Positions 33,586 to 44,442 are shown, numbered from the stretch's first letter. The stretch: 64,000 bases of DNA from an uncultured delta proteobacterium (GCA_963724765.1 CAVRVY010000003.1:1-64000); one strand, 5' to 3'. Notes: a model not told the origin generated them from the sequence alone. Translations and numbers: made by a program.

Positions 33586-34230
33586 TCATTTGGAGGCCTT
33601 CTCCTCCTCTTCGACCTTCGTCGCGCTAACCTCGATCGATGGAGCTTCGAGACCAGCGGCTTCAGCCAACTCCTCGACTCTTAGACCGTGTTGAAGCAGG
33701 AGGGTCATCGCCTCTTTGAAAAGCGCCACCGATTGCTCCTTCGGCAGTACTGACGACCAACTAGGTCCAGGCGCAACCCTGACCTCGATCTCAGCCGACT
33801 TGTAACCGTTTATCGCGGCCTTATGGGCGAGCACGCTAACCGCGGCTCTCACGCTTTGCGGATCGCCTTGCCGAATGCCAGGTGTCAGGAAGAGGTACAT
33901 CTCTTCGCAGCGATCGGTATCAAAGCACCGCATCTCATTGGCTTCGAGGGTGGGAGCTCGCCGGAGCGCCCTCTTTACGGCCTTATTACAACCCATCGCA
34001 GTGATCTGGTAATCATGCGGGAAGTGGATGCCTTCCGGAAGTGGGGTCACCGGCACTTTTTGCCCACGGCCCACCTGCGTAATCTGCTCCGCGATAGCCT
34101 CGTAGCTGAAGCCGTTTCGTTTCAGGCGCATCGCCTCCATTTCAACCCATTGTGCACGCAGAGTATCTGCGGACACCACGGTAGGTTTGTTGTGATTACG
34201 GAAACGGCCGTCCGAATTTCGCGTCGGCAT
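33586..34230 (-). CDS. Phage HTH protein, terminase small subunit-like
   Basis: AMRLKRNGFSYEAIAEQI HTH and GDPQSVRAAVSVLAHKAAING; resembles proteins usually encoded next to terL. Confidence 0.55.
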   Translation of the reverse strand: MPTRNSDGRFRNHNKPTVVSADTLRAQWVEMEAMRLKRNGFSYEAIAEQITQVGRGQKVPVTPLPEGIHFPHDYQITAMGCNKAVKRALRRAPTLEANEMRCFDTDRCEEMYLFLTPGIRQGDPQSVRAAVSVLAHKAAINGYKSAEIEVRVAPGPSWSSVLPKEQSVALFKEAMTLLLQHGLRVEELAEAAGLEAPSIEVSATKVEEEEKASK

Positions 34231-34232
34231 GA

Positions 34233-35480
34233 CTAATTTCTCAGCTCCGGCTTCAATCCAAGTAAAGCCAACCTCTCGAGTCCAACCGCGACATAACTCG
34301 GATCCACCTCGCAGCCGTAACCAACTCGCTTCAACTGGGCCGCGGCCAGGAGCGTCGAACCGCTTCCACAGAAGGGGTCATAAATTATCTCGTTGGGTCG
34401 GCTGCTGTTCTGGATCATGTCGGCGATCAGTGCGACCGGCTTGGTGGTCGGATGGAGTGAACTGAGCGAAGGTTTGTCGATTTCGAAGACCGAACTCTGC
34501 CTTCGGTCCGGCACAAAATAGTGCCGCCCGTTTTCGAGCCACCCGTACAGGACGGACTCGTGCCGGTGCTGATAGTCCGACATGCCTAAAACAAAGTGAT
34601 GCTTGACCCAGACCAGCAGGTGCTTGAACGAGAAGCCCGAGTCATTGAACGCTCTTATGAAGAACGGCAGCGCTGCACCGGACGGCACATTGGCGTAGCA
34701 GGCTGCGCCTCTGCTGGCGAACGACAATGCCTGCTTTAGTGAGTCACGAAATAGTCCGCTGACTTCCTCGGGCGGCAGTGCGTCATTCTCGATCGGTTTC
34801 TGGATGCGATTCCCGCGATCGCTTCGGTTGAGCAGCTCATTCTTAGCGGCGTAATCGATGCCGTACGGCGGATCACACCAGATCGCCCGAAATTTCTGAC
34901 CGCCCTCCCAGAGCCGGCCGACCGTCGGCGGATCGCAGGAATCGCCGCAAACGATCCGATGCGGTCCGACCTCCCACAGTTGTCCCCTGGCCGTGCCGTA
35001 TTTGCTGCGCAGTTCATCGGCTTTGTCGATCTGGGGTTCGGGATCGGCCAGATCCCCTAGTTCCTGAAGGAGTAGGCCCTCCTTAGCCCGGATCCCGTCG
35101 AGCAAAGCCAAAACTCCTGGGTCGTCCGATCGAACTGTGTCCAACAAGTCATTGAGGCGCTGATTGTCGGCCGTGGCCATGGCGGCCAGCGGGTCCAGAG
35201 TGAGCAGCAGACGGTCTGCCTGTTGCTCATTGAGATCGAGGACGAGCACCGGGACCTCCTCGTCCGGCATCGTCTCGGCACGAAGGTGTCCATCAATCAG
35301 CTGCAGGCGTCCGTCGGGAAGCTCTCGGGCCAAAAGAGCATCTGCGATCCCGATCTCGTCCAGCAGTCCGCGCAGGGCATCGGCCTGAACCTTGGGATGC
35401 CGTCGCCAATTCTTGGGGTTGGGTACCAGCTCTCTGGCCCGCACCCGTCTCAGCTCCACTACTCGGTCGCGAATCTCCAT
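34233..35480 (-). CDS. ParB-N-terminal domain DNA methyltransferase (N6A/N4C, beta class)
   Basis: PNPKNWRRH, LIDGHLR; DPPY; HPTTKP; YDPFCGSGST. Confidence 0.9.
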   Translation of the reverse strand: MEIRDRVVELRRVRARELVPNPKNWRRHPKVQADALRGLLDEIGIADALLARELPDGRLQLIDGHLRAETMPDEEVPVLVLDLNEQQADRLLLTLDPLAAMATADNQRLNDLLDTVRSDDPGVLALLDGIRAKEGLLLQELGDLADPEPQIDKADELRSKYGTARGQLWEVGPHRIVCGDSCDPPTVGRLWEGGQKFRAIWCDPPYGIDYAAKNELLNRSDRGNRIQKPIENDALPPEEVSGLFRDSLKQALSFASRGAACYANVPSGAALPFFIRAFNDSGFSFKHLLVWVKHHFVLGMSDYQHRHESVLYGWLENGRHYFVPDRRQSSVFEIDKPSLSSLHPTTKPVALIADMIQNSSRPNEIIYDPFCGSGSTLLAAAQLKRVGYGCEVDPSYVAVGLERLALLGLKPELRN

Positions 35481-35518
35481 GGCCACCTCCGATGGTCAAC
35501 CCGCCTTCGATTTGATCG

Positions 35519-36817
35519 TCACCACGCCCCTGGTCCAAACCGCCGCAAGCCCGTGCGAATCCGCAAATCCTCGTCAAAGCGTCCATCTGTCCACCGCGAC
35601 AGAACGCCATCCCGGGGTACTGGCGTATAGGCGTATTCCCGGCGATGCGAGGCCACGTAGTTGAAAGCGCTGGAGGCCGCATCCCATTGATCATCATGAT
35701 CGTAGAGCTTCTCATCCGGACCCGCCTGCTCGAGCTCATCGACGAAATCCTTGTTCCACTTGCCGCGCACCAGCTTGATGTTGCCCGCCTGCGCGGCCGA
35801 GCTCATGGGCAGCGCGCGAGTGTACTTATCGCCGGTGGGGTGCTCGACCTCAAGCGGGCTGCCCTGGAGGCGGACGACGTCGATAACATAGAAGATCCCG
35901 CTGCGTGCCATCGCCATCAGCACCCCCACGCTCCAGTCACCGCCATCCCGGGTCGCAGCGTCGTCCCACGCTCGTACGACGCCAAATACGTCGCGCGGCC
36001 AGTCGTCCACGATCGCGAACCATTCACGGCGAAATAGGTTGCCGCTCGGCGTAATCTCCCAGTCGCCCTCGAGCAGCTGGCGCCTGCGTACCGCGTCGAG
36101 GTTGGCCAATGAGGCCAGATATTCCTGGCTACGGATGTGTGGATTGTCCTGGATGCGTGCTGGGAGGAAGAACCGTTCGGGAAAATCGCGCTGCAGCAGT
36201 TCGGACGGCTGGCCGATCATGAAGCGTGTCTTGACCCAGTCGTGACCCCTGTTGCCCGGGTTGGATGCCGAACGCATCCGGAGCGGCACCGGGTTGTCCC
36301 TGGTCGTGCGCAGTCGTGAGAATAGATAGGTGTACTGCCGCTCCCTAAAGCTGGTTAGTTCATCGAAGCCGATGTACTGAAATTCGGAGGAGTCGTACTG
36401 ATAAACATCATCCTCTGAATCGAGATTGCCGAAAGTGATCGTAGCCCCCGACGGAAAGGTGAAGCGCTTGTCGGCGTTGTTCCACACCGCGTCGGTGTTC
36501 GCTAGCCACTGACGCGCCCGGTTCATGATCGAGTTCGACTGGTTGAGTTGGCGGAAAGTGCGCCGCAGCAGCAGCGCGCTGTAGCGCGGCTGTTCGACCA
36601 GTTGCAGGGCACCCATCAGCAGACCGTCGGTCTTGCCAGGACCTGCGGCGCCGCCGAAGAAGGCTTCGCTACGTGGACACAGCAGAAAAGCCAGCTGCTT
36701 CGGGGTCGGTACGTGAGGACAGTAGCGCTTGGGCGGAAGCGTCAGCTGCGCGTCTAGTTCCATGTTGACCGGGAGATTGTCAGTAGAAAATCGATCGCGC
36801 TGAGATTTTCTGCTCAT
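35519..36817 (-). CDS. Phage terminase large subunit, probable internal deletion in the nuclease domain
   Basis: GGAAGPGKT Walker A, GFDELT Walker B, SNPG, RAWD, HDDQWDA. Confidence 0.88.
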   Translation of the reverse strand: MSRKSQRDRFSTDNLPVNMELDAQLTLPPKRYCPHVPTPKQLAFLLCPRSEAFFGGAAGPGKTDGLLMGALQLVEQPRYSALLLRRTFRQLNQSNSIMNRARQWLANTDAVWNNADKRFTFPSGATITFGNLDSEDDVYQYDSSEFQYIGFDELTSFRERQYTYLFSRLRTTRDNPVPLRMRSASNPGNRGHDWVKTRFMIGQPSELLQRDFPERFFLPARIQDNPHIRSQEYLASLANLDAVRRRQLLEGDWEITPSGNLFRREWFAIVDDWPRDVFGVVRAWDDAATRDGGDWSVGVLMAMARSGIFYVIDVVRLQGSPLEVEHPTGDKYTRALPMSSAAQAGNIKLVRGKWNKDFVDELEQAGPDEKLYDHDDQWDAASSAFNYVASHRREYAYTPVPRDGVLSRWTDGRFDEDLRIRTGLRRFGPGAW

Positions 36818-37093
36818 CGTAATGAAGCCTCCAGATCATCTAGTTCGGAAAATGCAGGTTCCTTCGGTCCTCAGCGGTTGGTGACCACCCTAGTCGCGGA
36901 GATGACCACTGCTTGCTCGACCTTTGGTATCACACGCTTCCTCAAAAACCGGCTTGCGCCACGAGATTCCCCGTGGTGGTGTGAGTTTCCGGGAACGCAC
37001 CACAAAGCTGCGCAGGCGAGATTCGAGAAACTATTGGGGAGCGATCTTCTCGACTAGTCCCTGGAACTAGGACCTAGCCAGAAGCTTTTTCAA

Positions 37094-37914
37094 TCAAACG
37101 AATTGCTTCGGCGCTTTATATGTCCTTAGAGCTGCCATTTCGTCGTCGGTCAGTCTCCGGGCAGAAAGCAGTGGGACGCTTGGATCGAAAATCTTCTCTG
37201 GCAACGAGTAGATCTCATCCTTGGAGATCAGGGCCTGACGCTGACCGTGTGGCCGGAAAGTGGTCACAAACTGCTCAACGGATCTGGCGACCAGGCAGAA
37301 TGTGCCAAACACGTCATCCTCGTAAATCGCGGGCGGCTTGAGCCAATACTCCATGAAATCTCGGGAGAGTTCATCTTCATAGTGGTGACTCTCGGTGGTG
37401 ACGTATGCCGCGCAGAGGTGAGCGACGGGCTTAAACCGCCGCCAAGCTTCTTTCAGACTGGACTCGTAGACGCTCGGAAACCCGAATTGCCTAAGACCCG
37501 CGTTGCGTTCCTCATCTTTGCCTTCGGTTCCACGGAGCACATAAATGGCCTTATTCAAGCTCGCGCCGACTTGAGGATGATGTTCGTTGATTGAAAATAT
37601 CAGGCAGACCAACTTACCCGTATAAACGATCCCGAACCAGCGGCGTGTCCACTCCTGCTCGAGTGCATCTGCAGAGGGTGAGTCCGTCAGTGCTATAGCG
37701 CTGCCTATAACTCCGCCTAAAGGCTTGAGGAAATCACTGAACAACTTGTCCCTCACCCATGCGGATGGATCAGCAAGAGCCCGGGCGCGTTCCTCCGCTG
37801 ACTTGAATTCGACCCCGCTCAGAACCCGTGTTTGAGCTTCCTTCTTCTTCTCAGCAAACATCCCGGAATACCAATCGGCCAGTTTCGTCCTGAAGGTGAC
37901 CTCACCTGCGGTGG
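37094..37914 (-). CDS. Hypothetical protein, 5' end uncertain (abuts IS3 remnant)
   Basis: Long lower-GC open frame; the N-terminus of the called ORF lies inside IS sequence. Confidence 0.5.
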
Positions 37915-38445
37915 GGTGTGCCGCACCGACAACAACGACTGCTCGACCAGCCGGATGATTTCCAGCTTCTCGGCGGCCGGGTATCTCATGTATCGGACTC
38001 CCCATCCCCGAGCACGCTTTTTTTCAGCAGGCGGTTCTCCATCATCAGCTCGGCCAAAAGCTCCTTGAGCTGATGCGTCTCCGCGCGCAGGCCCTTTACT
38101 TCGTCGCTGGTCGCCTCGCGCGCGGTATCACCCGCCAGCCGCTTCTTGCCGGCCTCCAGGAAGTCCTTCGACCAGCGGTAATAGAGGTTCTGGTTGATGC
38201 CTTCCTTGCGGCATAGCTCAGCGACGCTGTCTTCGCCGCGCAGACCCGCTATCACGATGCGGACCTTCTCCTCCGCCGAGAACTGCCGCCGCGTCGCCCG
38301 CCGAATATCGCGAACCCTCTTCTCCGTCTCGTCCGCGTGCGTCTCCATTTTGGATCTCATCTCCGTCCTTTCGCGGTTACGATGAGCCCTAAACCCTCTC
38401 TTCCTCAATCACGCCCTTTTGTCCAACTTGTGCTGACGGGGAACA
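37915..38445 (-). mobile_element. IS3-family element, truncated (IRL, orfA, start of orfB)
   Basis: TGTTCCCCGTCAGCACAAG end; orfA RRQFSAEEKVRIV..LYYRWSKDFLEAGK; orfB MRYPAAEKLEIIRLVEQS then cut. Confidence 0.85.
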
Positions 38446-38574
38446 ATCAGAATTAGAAGTAAATCTGCATCAAATTGATACGCGAAATTCAAGCGCGCGG
38501 AGCGCCGCGGCTTGCCCGCCGCGCGTCCGGCGCGCCAATCTGATTGCAGCGCTGGCAACGCGGGCCAAAGGAGT

Positions 38575-39819
38575 ATGAGCATGGGGAAGATTTCGTACCG
38601 GGTCAGGCCGGAAACAGCGGTTCTGACCAAGGGATTCGATCCGCAGTTATCGGTCGGATCGGCCAGGCCTCCGGTCTATCGCAGCTCGACCTATGTATTC
38701 TCAAGCCCCGAGGCCGCCGAGCGCGCCTTCGGCATCGTGCTCGGCCGCGTCCGACCGAGCGCCGAGGAGAGCCCGGACCTGATCTATGCCCGGCTCAACC
38801 ATCCGAATGCTGAGATCCTGGAGGATCAGCTTGTACCGCTGGAGCGAGGCGCCGCCGCAGCGGCGGTGTTCAATTCAGGAATGGCGGCGATCTTCACTGT
38901 CCTGATCGGGTTTCTCGAACAGGGCGGCTCGCTGATATACACCCAGCCACTTTACGGCGGCACCCAGCACCTGATTCACCAGGTTATCGAACCGCTGGGA
39001 TTCGCGGTGCGGCCTGTTGCAGCGGGCGACACGCGGGCGCTTACCAAAACGATAGCGCAGACCGACAATGTCAGGCTCGTGTTGATCGAGACGCCCTCTA
39101 ATCCGACGCTCACCATGACCGATATCGCCGCCGCGGCTTCCGCCGTCCAGCGACACCCCAAGCGTCCGCTGCTCGCAGTGGATAACACCCTCTTGGGGCC
39201 GACATTTCAGCATCCCATCGTTCACGGCGTCGATCTGGTCATCTACTCGGCGACGAAGTTTCTCGGCGGTTTCAGCGACTTGCTGGCGGGCGTCGTGATG
39301 GCGGCCGACCCGGAACTTATCCAGAGCCTGCGCGGCTTGCGCGCGATGCTCGGCAACATTCTTCAGGCCGATGAATGTTGGATGCTCAACTCGCGCCTCT
39401 CGACGGTGGCCCTGCGGATGAACCGGCAGAGCAAGAACGCGCAGAGAATCGCCGAACGTCTGGTGGATCATCCGCGGGTAAAACGGGTTTTATACCCATC
39501 CTTGTTCAAGGACGCCGAGCAAATCAGGATTCGAGATAGCCAGACTGACTATCCAGGCTCGCTGCTATCGCTCGTGCTCAACGGCGGAAAGAGTGGAGCG
39601 TTCGATTTCCTCCGCAATCTGCGGATTGGAAGGAACGCCGTCAGCTTGGGCGGCGTAGAGACCCTAGCCTGTCATCCGATGACAACAACGCACAGCGAGC
39701 TCAGTCCGGCAGAACTGGCGACGGCCGGCATAACTGACGACCTAGTGCGAATCTCGGTGGGGACAGAGCATTGGCGCGATCTTCTCGACGACTTTACGCA
39801 CGCCCTAGGCGGCGGATGA
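38575..39819 (+). CDS. Cystathionine gamma-synthase / methionine gamma-lyase family PLP enzyme
   Basis: YARLNHP, NSGMAAI, ETPSNP, DNT, SATKFLGG, AVSLGGVE. Confidence 0.9.
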   Translation: MSMGKISYRVRPETAVLTKGFDPQLSVGSARPPVYRSSTYVFSSPEAAERAFGIVLGRVRPSAEESPDLIYARLNHPNAEILEDQLVPLERGAAAAAVFNSGMAAIFTVLIGFLEQGGSLIYTQPLYGGTQHLIHQVIEPLGFAVRPVAAGDTRALTKTIAQTDNVRLVLIETPSNPTLTMTDIAAAASAVQRHPKRPLLAVDNTLLGPTFQHPIVHGVDLVIYSATKFLGGFSDLLAGVVMAADPELIQSLRGLRAMLGNILQADECWMLNSRLSTVALRMNRQSKNAQRIAERLVDHPRVKRVLYPSLFKDAEQIRIRDSQTDYPGSLLSLVLNGGKSGAFDFLRNLRIGRNAVSLGGVETLACHPMTTTHSELSPAELATAGITDDLVRISVGTEHWRDLLDDFTHALGGG

Positions 39820-40100
39820 GCTGGGCTCAGTATCGTTGCTCGAGCACGCGATGCCGACGCCGCCTGACGAATATCTATCGGCGAGAGACCAAGGCTCGTC
39901 GGTGTGCCCGATCGAACCATCGAAATGAAGTGCGAAACCCGGTTACCTACTCCCCCGCGCCGCCCCGTCAGCGATGGTGTAGGCCCGCTCATCATGGAGT
40001 AAACAGATATCGCTGGGTCGGTACCGGCTGACCCGTCACGGCTATTGAGAACTGGAGACGTAGGGTATCGGATAAGACGACGCATCGGCTGGTTGACGAA

Positions 40101-41165
40101 TCAGCCTTTACCGATCACATACTTCGCAAAATCCGCGATCACTTTCGGCGCTCCCGCGCGAGTGCCGCCGTGCACCGCGATCTGCTTCACCCCCATGCGG
40201 CGCATCGCCTTGACCCTTTTCACTAGCTCTTCCGGGGTGCCGGTCAATGTCGTTTCCTTGAGGATATTCTCATTGACCAGAGGCGCGTGCTCCTGTTTGA
40301 ACTCGTGCACGTAGCCTGAATAGAGATCAAGATGGCGCGTTTCGATTGGGGCATCAGGGGTGCGATAAGCGTCGCGGAATCTCATCATGTCGTCCCGGAT
40401 GTCAGCGGGAAGGTCATTGGGATCCTTCACCGATAGAGCGAAGATGTTGCACTCGGAGGTGACGTAGGAGCCGACCGCTTCCTGCATCTCGGCGAGCTTT
40501 TCCCCCGGCTTTGCCACGTGGAATGCGGTCAGCACGCAGATGTACAGATCCTGGAAACGCTTCCCCGCGCGCTCGGCACCGCGCCGGATGTGGCTCATGG
40601 CGTATTCCAGCAGGCTGTCCCCCACGGCGCCGAACAGGATTACGCCGTCGCCGATTTCGCCTGCCAATTCCAGCGTTTTAGGTCCGCTGGCGGCGACATA
40701 GATGGGCACCTTTTTCTTCAGGTTGATCCATCCGCCAGTCGGATTGAGGAATCGAATCATCCGCCGCCGGCCGGCTTCCTCATAGGGCACCGTCTGCCCG
40801 CCGAGCAATCCGCGACAGATATCCACGTGCTCGCGAAGCTCCGAGAGTTTCGCCGCAGGCATACCAAGCGTGCGCCTGGCCGTATTGCCAGTGCCGATAC
40901 CCATGATCGCCCTTCCCGGAGCGAGCAGGTTCAGAGTCGCGAAATTGTTGGCGGTCACCGGCGCGATCCGCGAGAGCGGATTGGTCACGTTGGTGCCAAG
41001 TTTGATCTTCTTGGTCTTAGCCGCGCACAGCGCCAGGCACTGAAACACGTCGGCGCAGATCATCTGGGTGTCGTACAGCCAGGCGTGGGTGAAACCTTTT
41101 CTCTCGGCCAGCACCACATCTTTGTGAATATCGACCGCAGAAAGAAACGCGAAGCCGTAGTCCAT
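40101..41165 (-). CDS. LLM-class (Mer-like) flavin/F420-dependent oxidoreductase
   Basis: LGTNVTNP, PGRAIMGIGTG, YVAASGPKTLELAGEIGDG. Confidence 0.88.
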   Translation of the reverse strand: MDYGFAFLSAVDIHKDVVLAERKGFTHAWLYDTQMICADVFQCLALCAAKTKKIKLGTNVTNPLSRIAPVTANNFATLNLLAPGRAIMGIGTGNTARRTLGMPAAKLSELREHVDICRGLLGGQTVPYEEAGRRRMIRFLNPTGGWINLKKKVPIYVAASGPKTLELAGEIGDGVILFGAVGDSLLEYAMSHIRRGAERAGKRFQDLYICVLTAFHVAKPGEKLAEMQEAVGSYVTSECNIFALSVKDPNDLPADIRDDMMRFRDAYRTPDAPIETRHLDLYSGYVHEFKQEHAPLVNENILKETTLTGTPEELVKRVKAMRRMGVKQIAVHGGTRAGAPKVIADFAKYVIGKG

Positions 41166-41261
41166 CTTTGCCTCTCTCCTAGACGCGCTGTTGCGGAATT
41201 TTCCTTCTGTGTCTCGACGCTCACCGGCGTCTAGTACAAAACAACATGCTTTCGCAAAATC

Positions 41262-42239
41262 TCACTCGTGCCACACGCGCTTGAGGTACGACACCCAATT
41301 GAGTCCCATTATCTTCTCGATACGAGCGGCGGGCCATCGGTGCCGTTCAAGGGCTGCCGTGAGGTTCGGCGTCTGCTCGATTCTCTCGAAGCCTTTGGGA
41401 TTTTCGATCTTCCCCCACTGGGCCAGTGGACGCCAAAGTCCCTTGTCCCGCACCGCCCATTGGAACCACGCCGGGTCCGATTCGAAACCCTGAATGGAGT
41501 CTGTCCCGAAACCGACCTGGTCCTCACCACAAACGTTTACCATCCACTCAATGATCTCAGCATAATCGTCGACCGTCGATTCGCTCCCCTTGGGTAGAAA
41601 GGGCGGAAACATCGTGACGCTCACCAAACCCCCGCGATCGGCGACCGCCTTGAGCTGGCGAGTTTCCTTGTTGCGTGGATGCGCCTTGAGCTCGGCTGGG
41701 AGCACGTGAGAAAAAACCACCGGGTCTTTGGAAAACTCTATCGTATCGTCGGTGGTCTTAGACCCGACATGCGAGAGGTCCACCGCGATTCCGACGCGAT
41801 TCATCTCGGCCACCACTTCGCGGCCGAAATCCGACAGCCCTGAATCGTGCGATTCATAGCAGCCGGAGCCGATGTAGTTCTGTGTGTTGTACGTGAGCTG
41901 AATAATTCCGACCCCGAGTTGCTTGAACAAGGCTAGGTAGTCGAGCCGATCCTCGATTGGTGAGCCGTTCTGAAAGCCCAGGATGATACCGGTGCGGCGG
42001 CTGGCCTTGGCGGCGGCAATGTCCCGTGTGTGGCGGATCGGCATGATCAGATCGGAGTGGTGGTCGAACCACTGATACCACTGCGCAAGGATGTCGAGGG
42101 TCTTGCGCGTTCCTTCCCAGGCGATACAGGTCGCGTTGACGGCGGTAAGCCCACCCGCACGCATCGCCTTGAACACCTCGGGTCCCCATTTCGCAGCGAC
42201 GAGCCCGTCGACCACGGTGATCTGCTCATGAACATCCAT
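41262..42239 (-). CDS. Membrane dipeptidase (M19) family protein
   Basis: QLTYN, GLSDFG, VDLSH, FSH, HPRNK, GFGTD, KIMGLNW. Confidence 0.88.
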   Translation of the reverse strand: MDVHEQITVVDGLVAAKWGPEVFKAMRAGGLTAVNATCIAWEGTRKTLDILAQWYQWFDHHSDLIMPIRHTRDIAAAKASRRTGIILGFQNGSPIEDRLDYLALFKQLGVGIIQLTYNTQNYIGSGCYESHDSGLSDFGREVVAEMNRVGIAVDLSHVGSKTTDDTIEFSKDPVVFSHVLPAELKAHPRNKETRQLKAVADRGGLVSVTMFPPFLPKGSESTVDDYAEIIEWMVNVCGEDQVGFGTDSIQGFESDPAWFQWAVRDKGLWRPLAQWGKIENPKGFERIEQTPNLTAALERHRWPAARIEKIMGLNWVSYLKRVWHE

Positions 42240-42261
42240 CGCTTCGCTCCTTCTGCGCGCG

Positions 42262-43113
42262 CTAAACAGCCCGCTCGGTGGCGTCGGCGATCTCGCTCAG
42301 CGTTGCGAACCAGGCGCCGCGCTCCTTCATATGGACGATAAGCTCCTCGAGCCGCGTTATCATGTGCGCCCGTCCGATCGACTGCGGATGGACGACAAAG
42401 GCGTAGCAGGCACCTTCCTCGTTGGCGACCGCATAGTCGAAGATTGCTTTCCATCGGTCGAGCAGGTCATGCGCAGGACGCATCCCCTCCTGGAAGCCAA
42501 GGATGAATTCGACTTGCGAGAAATCGGTCAGGTACCACTGTCCGGGAATCTCCAGGATGCGGCCCGGCGGGCCGAACACATTGCCGCGCTCGGCGTGCAC
42601 CTCGACCGGACGAATCCAATAGGGATGAAAATTATTCGCGAGCAGGCTGCTATCGACTTCGAAACCGTAGCGCTCCAGCAGCCCCAGCGTATTCTCACTG
42701 AAATCCCAGTACGGCGCGCGGTAGGTACGAGGTTTCACGCCAATCCGGGCCAGCGCCTCCAGGCCCAGCTCCATCACCTTGATTTCCTCTTGCAGCTTCA
42801 GTGGCTGAGGGTTTTCGTGAGCGTAGCCGTGATGCCCAATCTCGTGTCCCACGGCCGCGACTTCGCGGCACAGCTCGGGCCAGGTGTCGATTGTATGGCC
42901 CGGGATGCAGAACGTGCTTCTGACCTTGTACTTGTCGAACAGGCGCATCAGGCGCGGCAGCCCGACCTCAGCGCCGAATTCGCCGCGCGACATGTAGGCG
43001 GGTGAAGTACGCTTGAGGCATATCCACAGCGACTGGGCGTCGAAATCGCATCCGAGGTTTACCGCTATCTTCTTGCCCGCGGGAATTTTGACCTTACCCC
43101 AAACCTGCGGCAT
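42262..43113 (-). CDS. Polysaccharide deacetylase (CE4) family protein
   Basis: DFDA, HEIGHHGYAHE, YRAPYW, HPQSIGR. Confidence 0.88.
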   Translation of the reverse strand: MPQVWGKVKIPAGKKIAVNLGCDFDAQSLWICLKRTSPAYMSRGEFGAEVGLPRLMRLFDKYKVRSTFCIPGHTIDTWPELCREVAAVGHEIGHHGYAHENPQPLKLQEEIKVMELGLEALARIGVKPRTYRAPYWDFSENTLGLLERYGFEVDSSLLANNFHPYWIRPVEVHAERGNVFGPPGRILEIPGQWYLTDFSQVEFILGFQEGMRPAHDLLDRWKAIFDYAVANEEGACYAFVVHPQSIGRAHMITRLEELIVHMKERGAWFATLSEIADATERAV

Positions 43114-43263
43114 AAAACCCTCCTGCGAATTTCGTCTGTCTTGAAGCCATACGCGCGGCTGGCTCTGATTTGCAAGCGTATCGGAGTGGAGCTTTTAGGC
43201 TTGACGCCATCGACGGGACTGCGATGCAATGCAGCTCTGGTCAGGACACCCTGGGAGGACGCG

Positions 43264-44442
43264 ATGGCGAAAACGGCCGATGTGGTGATTGTCGGCGCGG
43301 GCGTGATGGGCGCCAGCATCGCCTTTAACCTGGCCCAGCGCGGGGTCTCAAACGTGGCCGTCTTAGAGAAGAGCTTCATCGCCGCCGGCGCCACCGGCAA
43401 GAGTTCCGCATGCGTGCGGCAGCATTACTCGACCGAAGTCGGTGCGCGGATGGTAATGCGCAGCCTGGAGATCTTCCAGAACTTCTCAGAGATCGTCGGC
43501 GGACCGGCTGGATTCGTGAAGACCGGCTACCTGATGGGCGTCGGCGAGCGCGACCATAAGGCGCTCAAGAAGGTAGTCGCGATGCAGCAGGCGGTGGGAA
43601 TCAAGACCTCGCTGCTGTCGCCGAAAGAAATCAGGGAAATCGAGCCGCGGGTGTCGATTCATGACCTCGCGGCCGGGGCATGGGAGCCGGATTCGGGTTA
43701 CGCCGATCCTTCGGATACGACCAACGCTTTCATGCGGCGCGCTCGCGAGATGGGTGTTCGTCTATATCAAAACACCCAGGTCACCGGGTTGAAGACGACC
43801 GCGGGAGCGATAGCGGAGGTAACTACGAGCCATGACAGTTTTTCCGCTCCCACGGTGATTAATGCCGCGGGCGTATGGGGAGACCGGATTGGCGCGATGT
43901 TGGGAATCCACATTCCGATAACTGTCTGCCGCCATCAGATCCGGCTAATCAAGCGCCCCGAAGCGGCCTCCGCGCGTCACCCGATGTTCTACGACTTTGA
44001 ACATCAATTTTACTCCAGGCCCGAGGGTAGAGACCTCACCCTTATCGGTACCTTGGACCCTGCCGAGATCAACGACCGGATAGATCCGGACGGCTACAAC
44101 GACGGTGTCGACTCGGAGCAGACTCCGGACGTGGTAGCTGCTTTGTGTGATCGCTTTCCCAGCTTCGAGGCGGGGCATCTGCACAGTGGCTATTCTGGTC
44201 CCTTCGACGTGACCCCCGATTGGCATCCGATTATCGACGAGGCGCCCGGCGTTCGTGGCTTCTATCTCGCGCTAGGATTCAGCGGCCACGGATTCAAACT
44301 GTCGCCGGCTGTGGGCGAGATGGTCGCCGAGCTGGTGATTAACGGCAAGCGAGCGGAGTCCGACGTCAACACGTTCCGTTACAGCCGCTTTGCCGAAAAT
44401 CAGCCGGTGCGCGGCATGTACGATGAAGGGCTCATGGGCTGA
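43264..44442 (+). CDS. FAD-dependent oxidoreductase (sarcosine oxidase beta/DAO family)
   Basis: IVGAGVMG, TPDWHPII, GFSGHGFKLSPAVG; GGAGG RBS. Confidence 0.9.
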   Translation: MAKTADVVIVGAGVMGASIAFNLAQRGVSNVAVLEKSFIAAGATGKSSACVRQHYSTEVGARMVMRSLEIFQNFSEIVGGPAGFVKTGYLMGVGERDHKALKKVVAMQQAVGIKTSLLSPKEIREIEPRVSIHDLAAGAWEPDSGYADPSDTTNAFMRRAREMGVRLYQNTQVTGLKTTAGAIAEVTTSHDSFSAPTVINAAGVWGDRIGAMLGIHIPITVCRHQIRLIKRPEAASARHPMFYDFEHQFYSRPEGRDLTLIGTLDPAEINDRIDPDGYNDGVDSEQTPDVVAALCDRFPSFEAGHLHSGYSGPFDVTPDWHPIIDEAPGVRGFYLALGFSGHGFKLSPAVGEMVAELVINGKRAESDVNTFRYSRFAENQPVRGMYDEGLMG

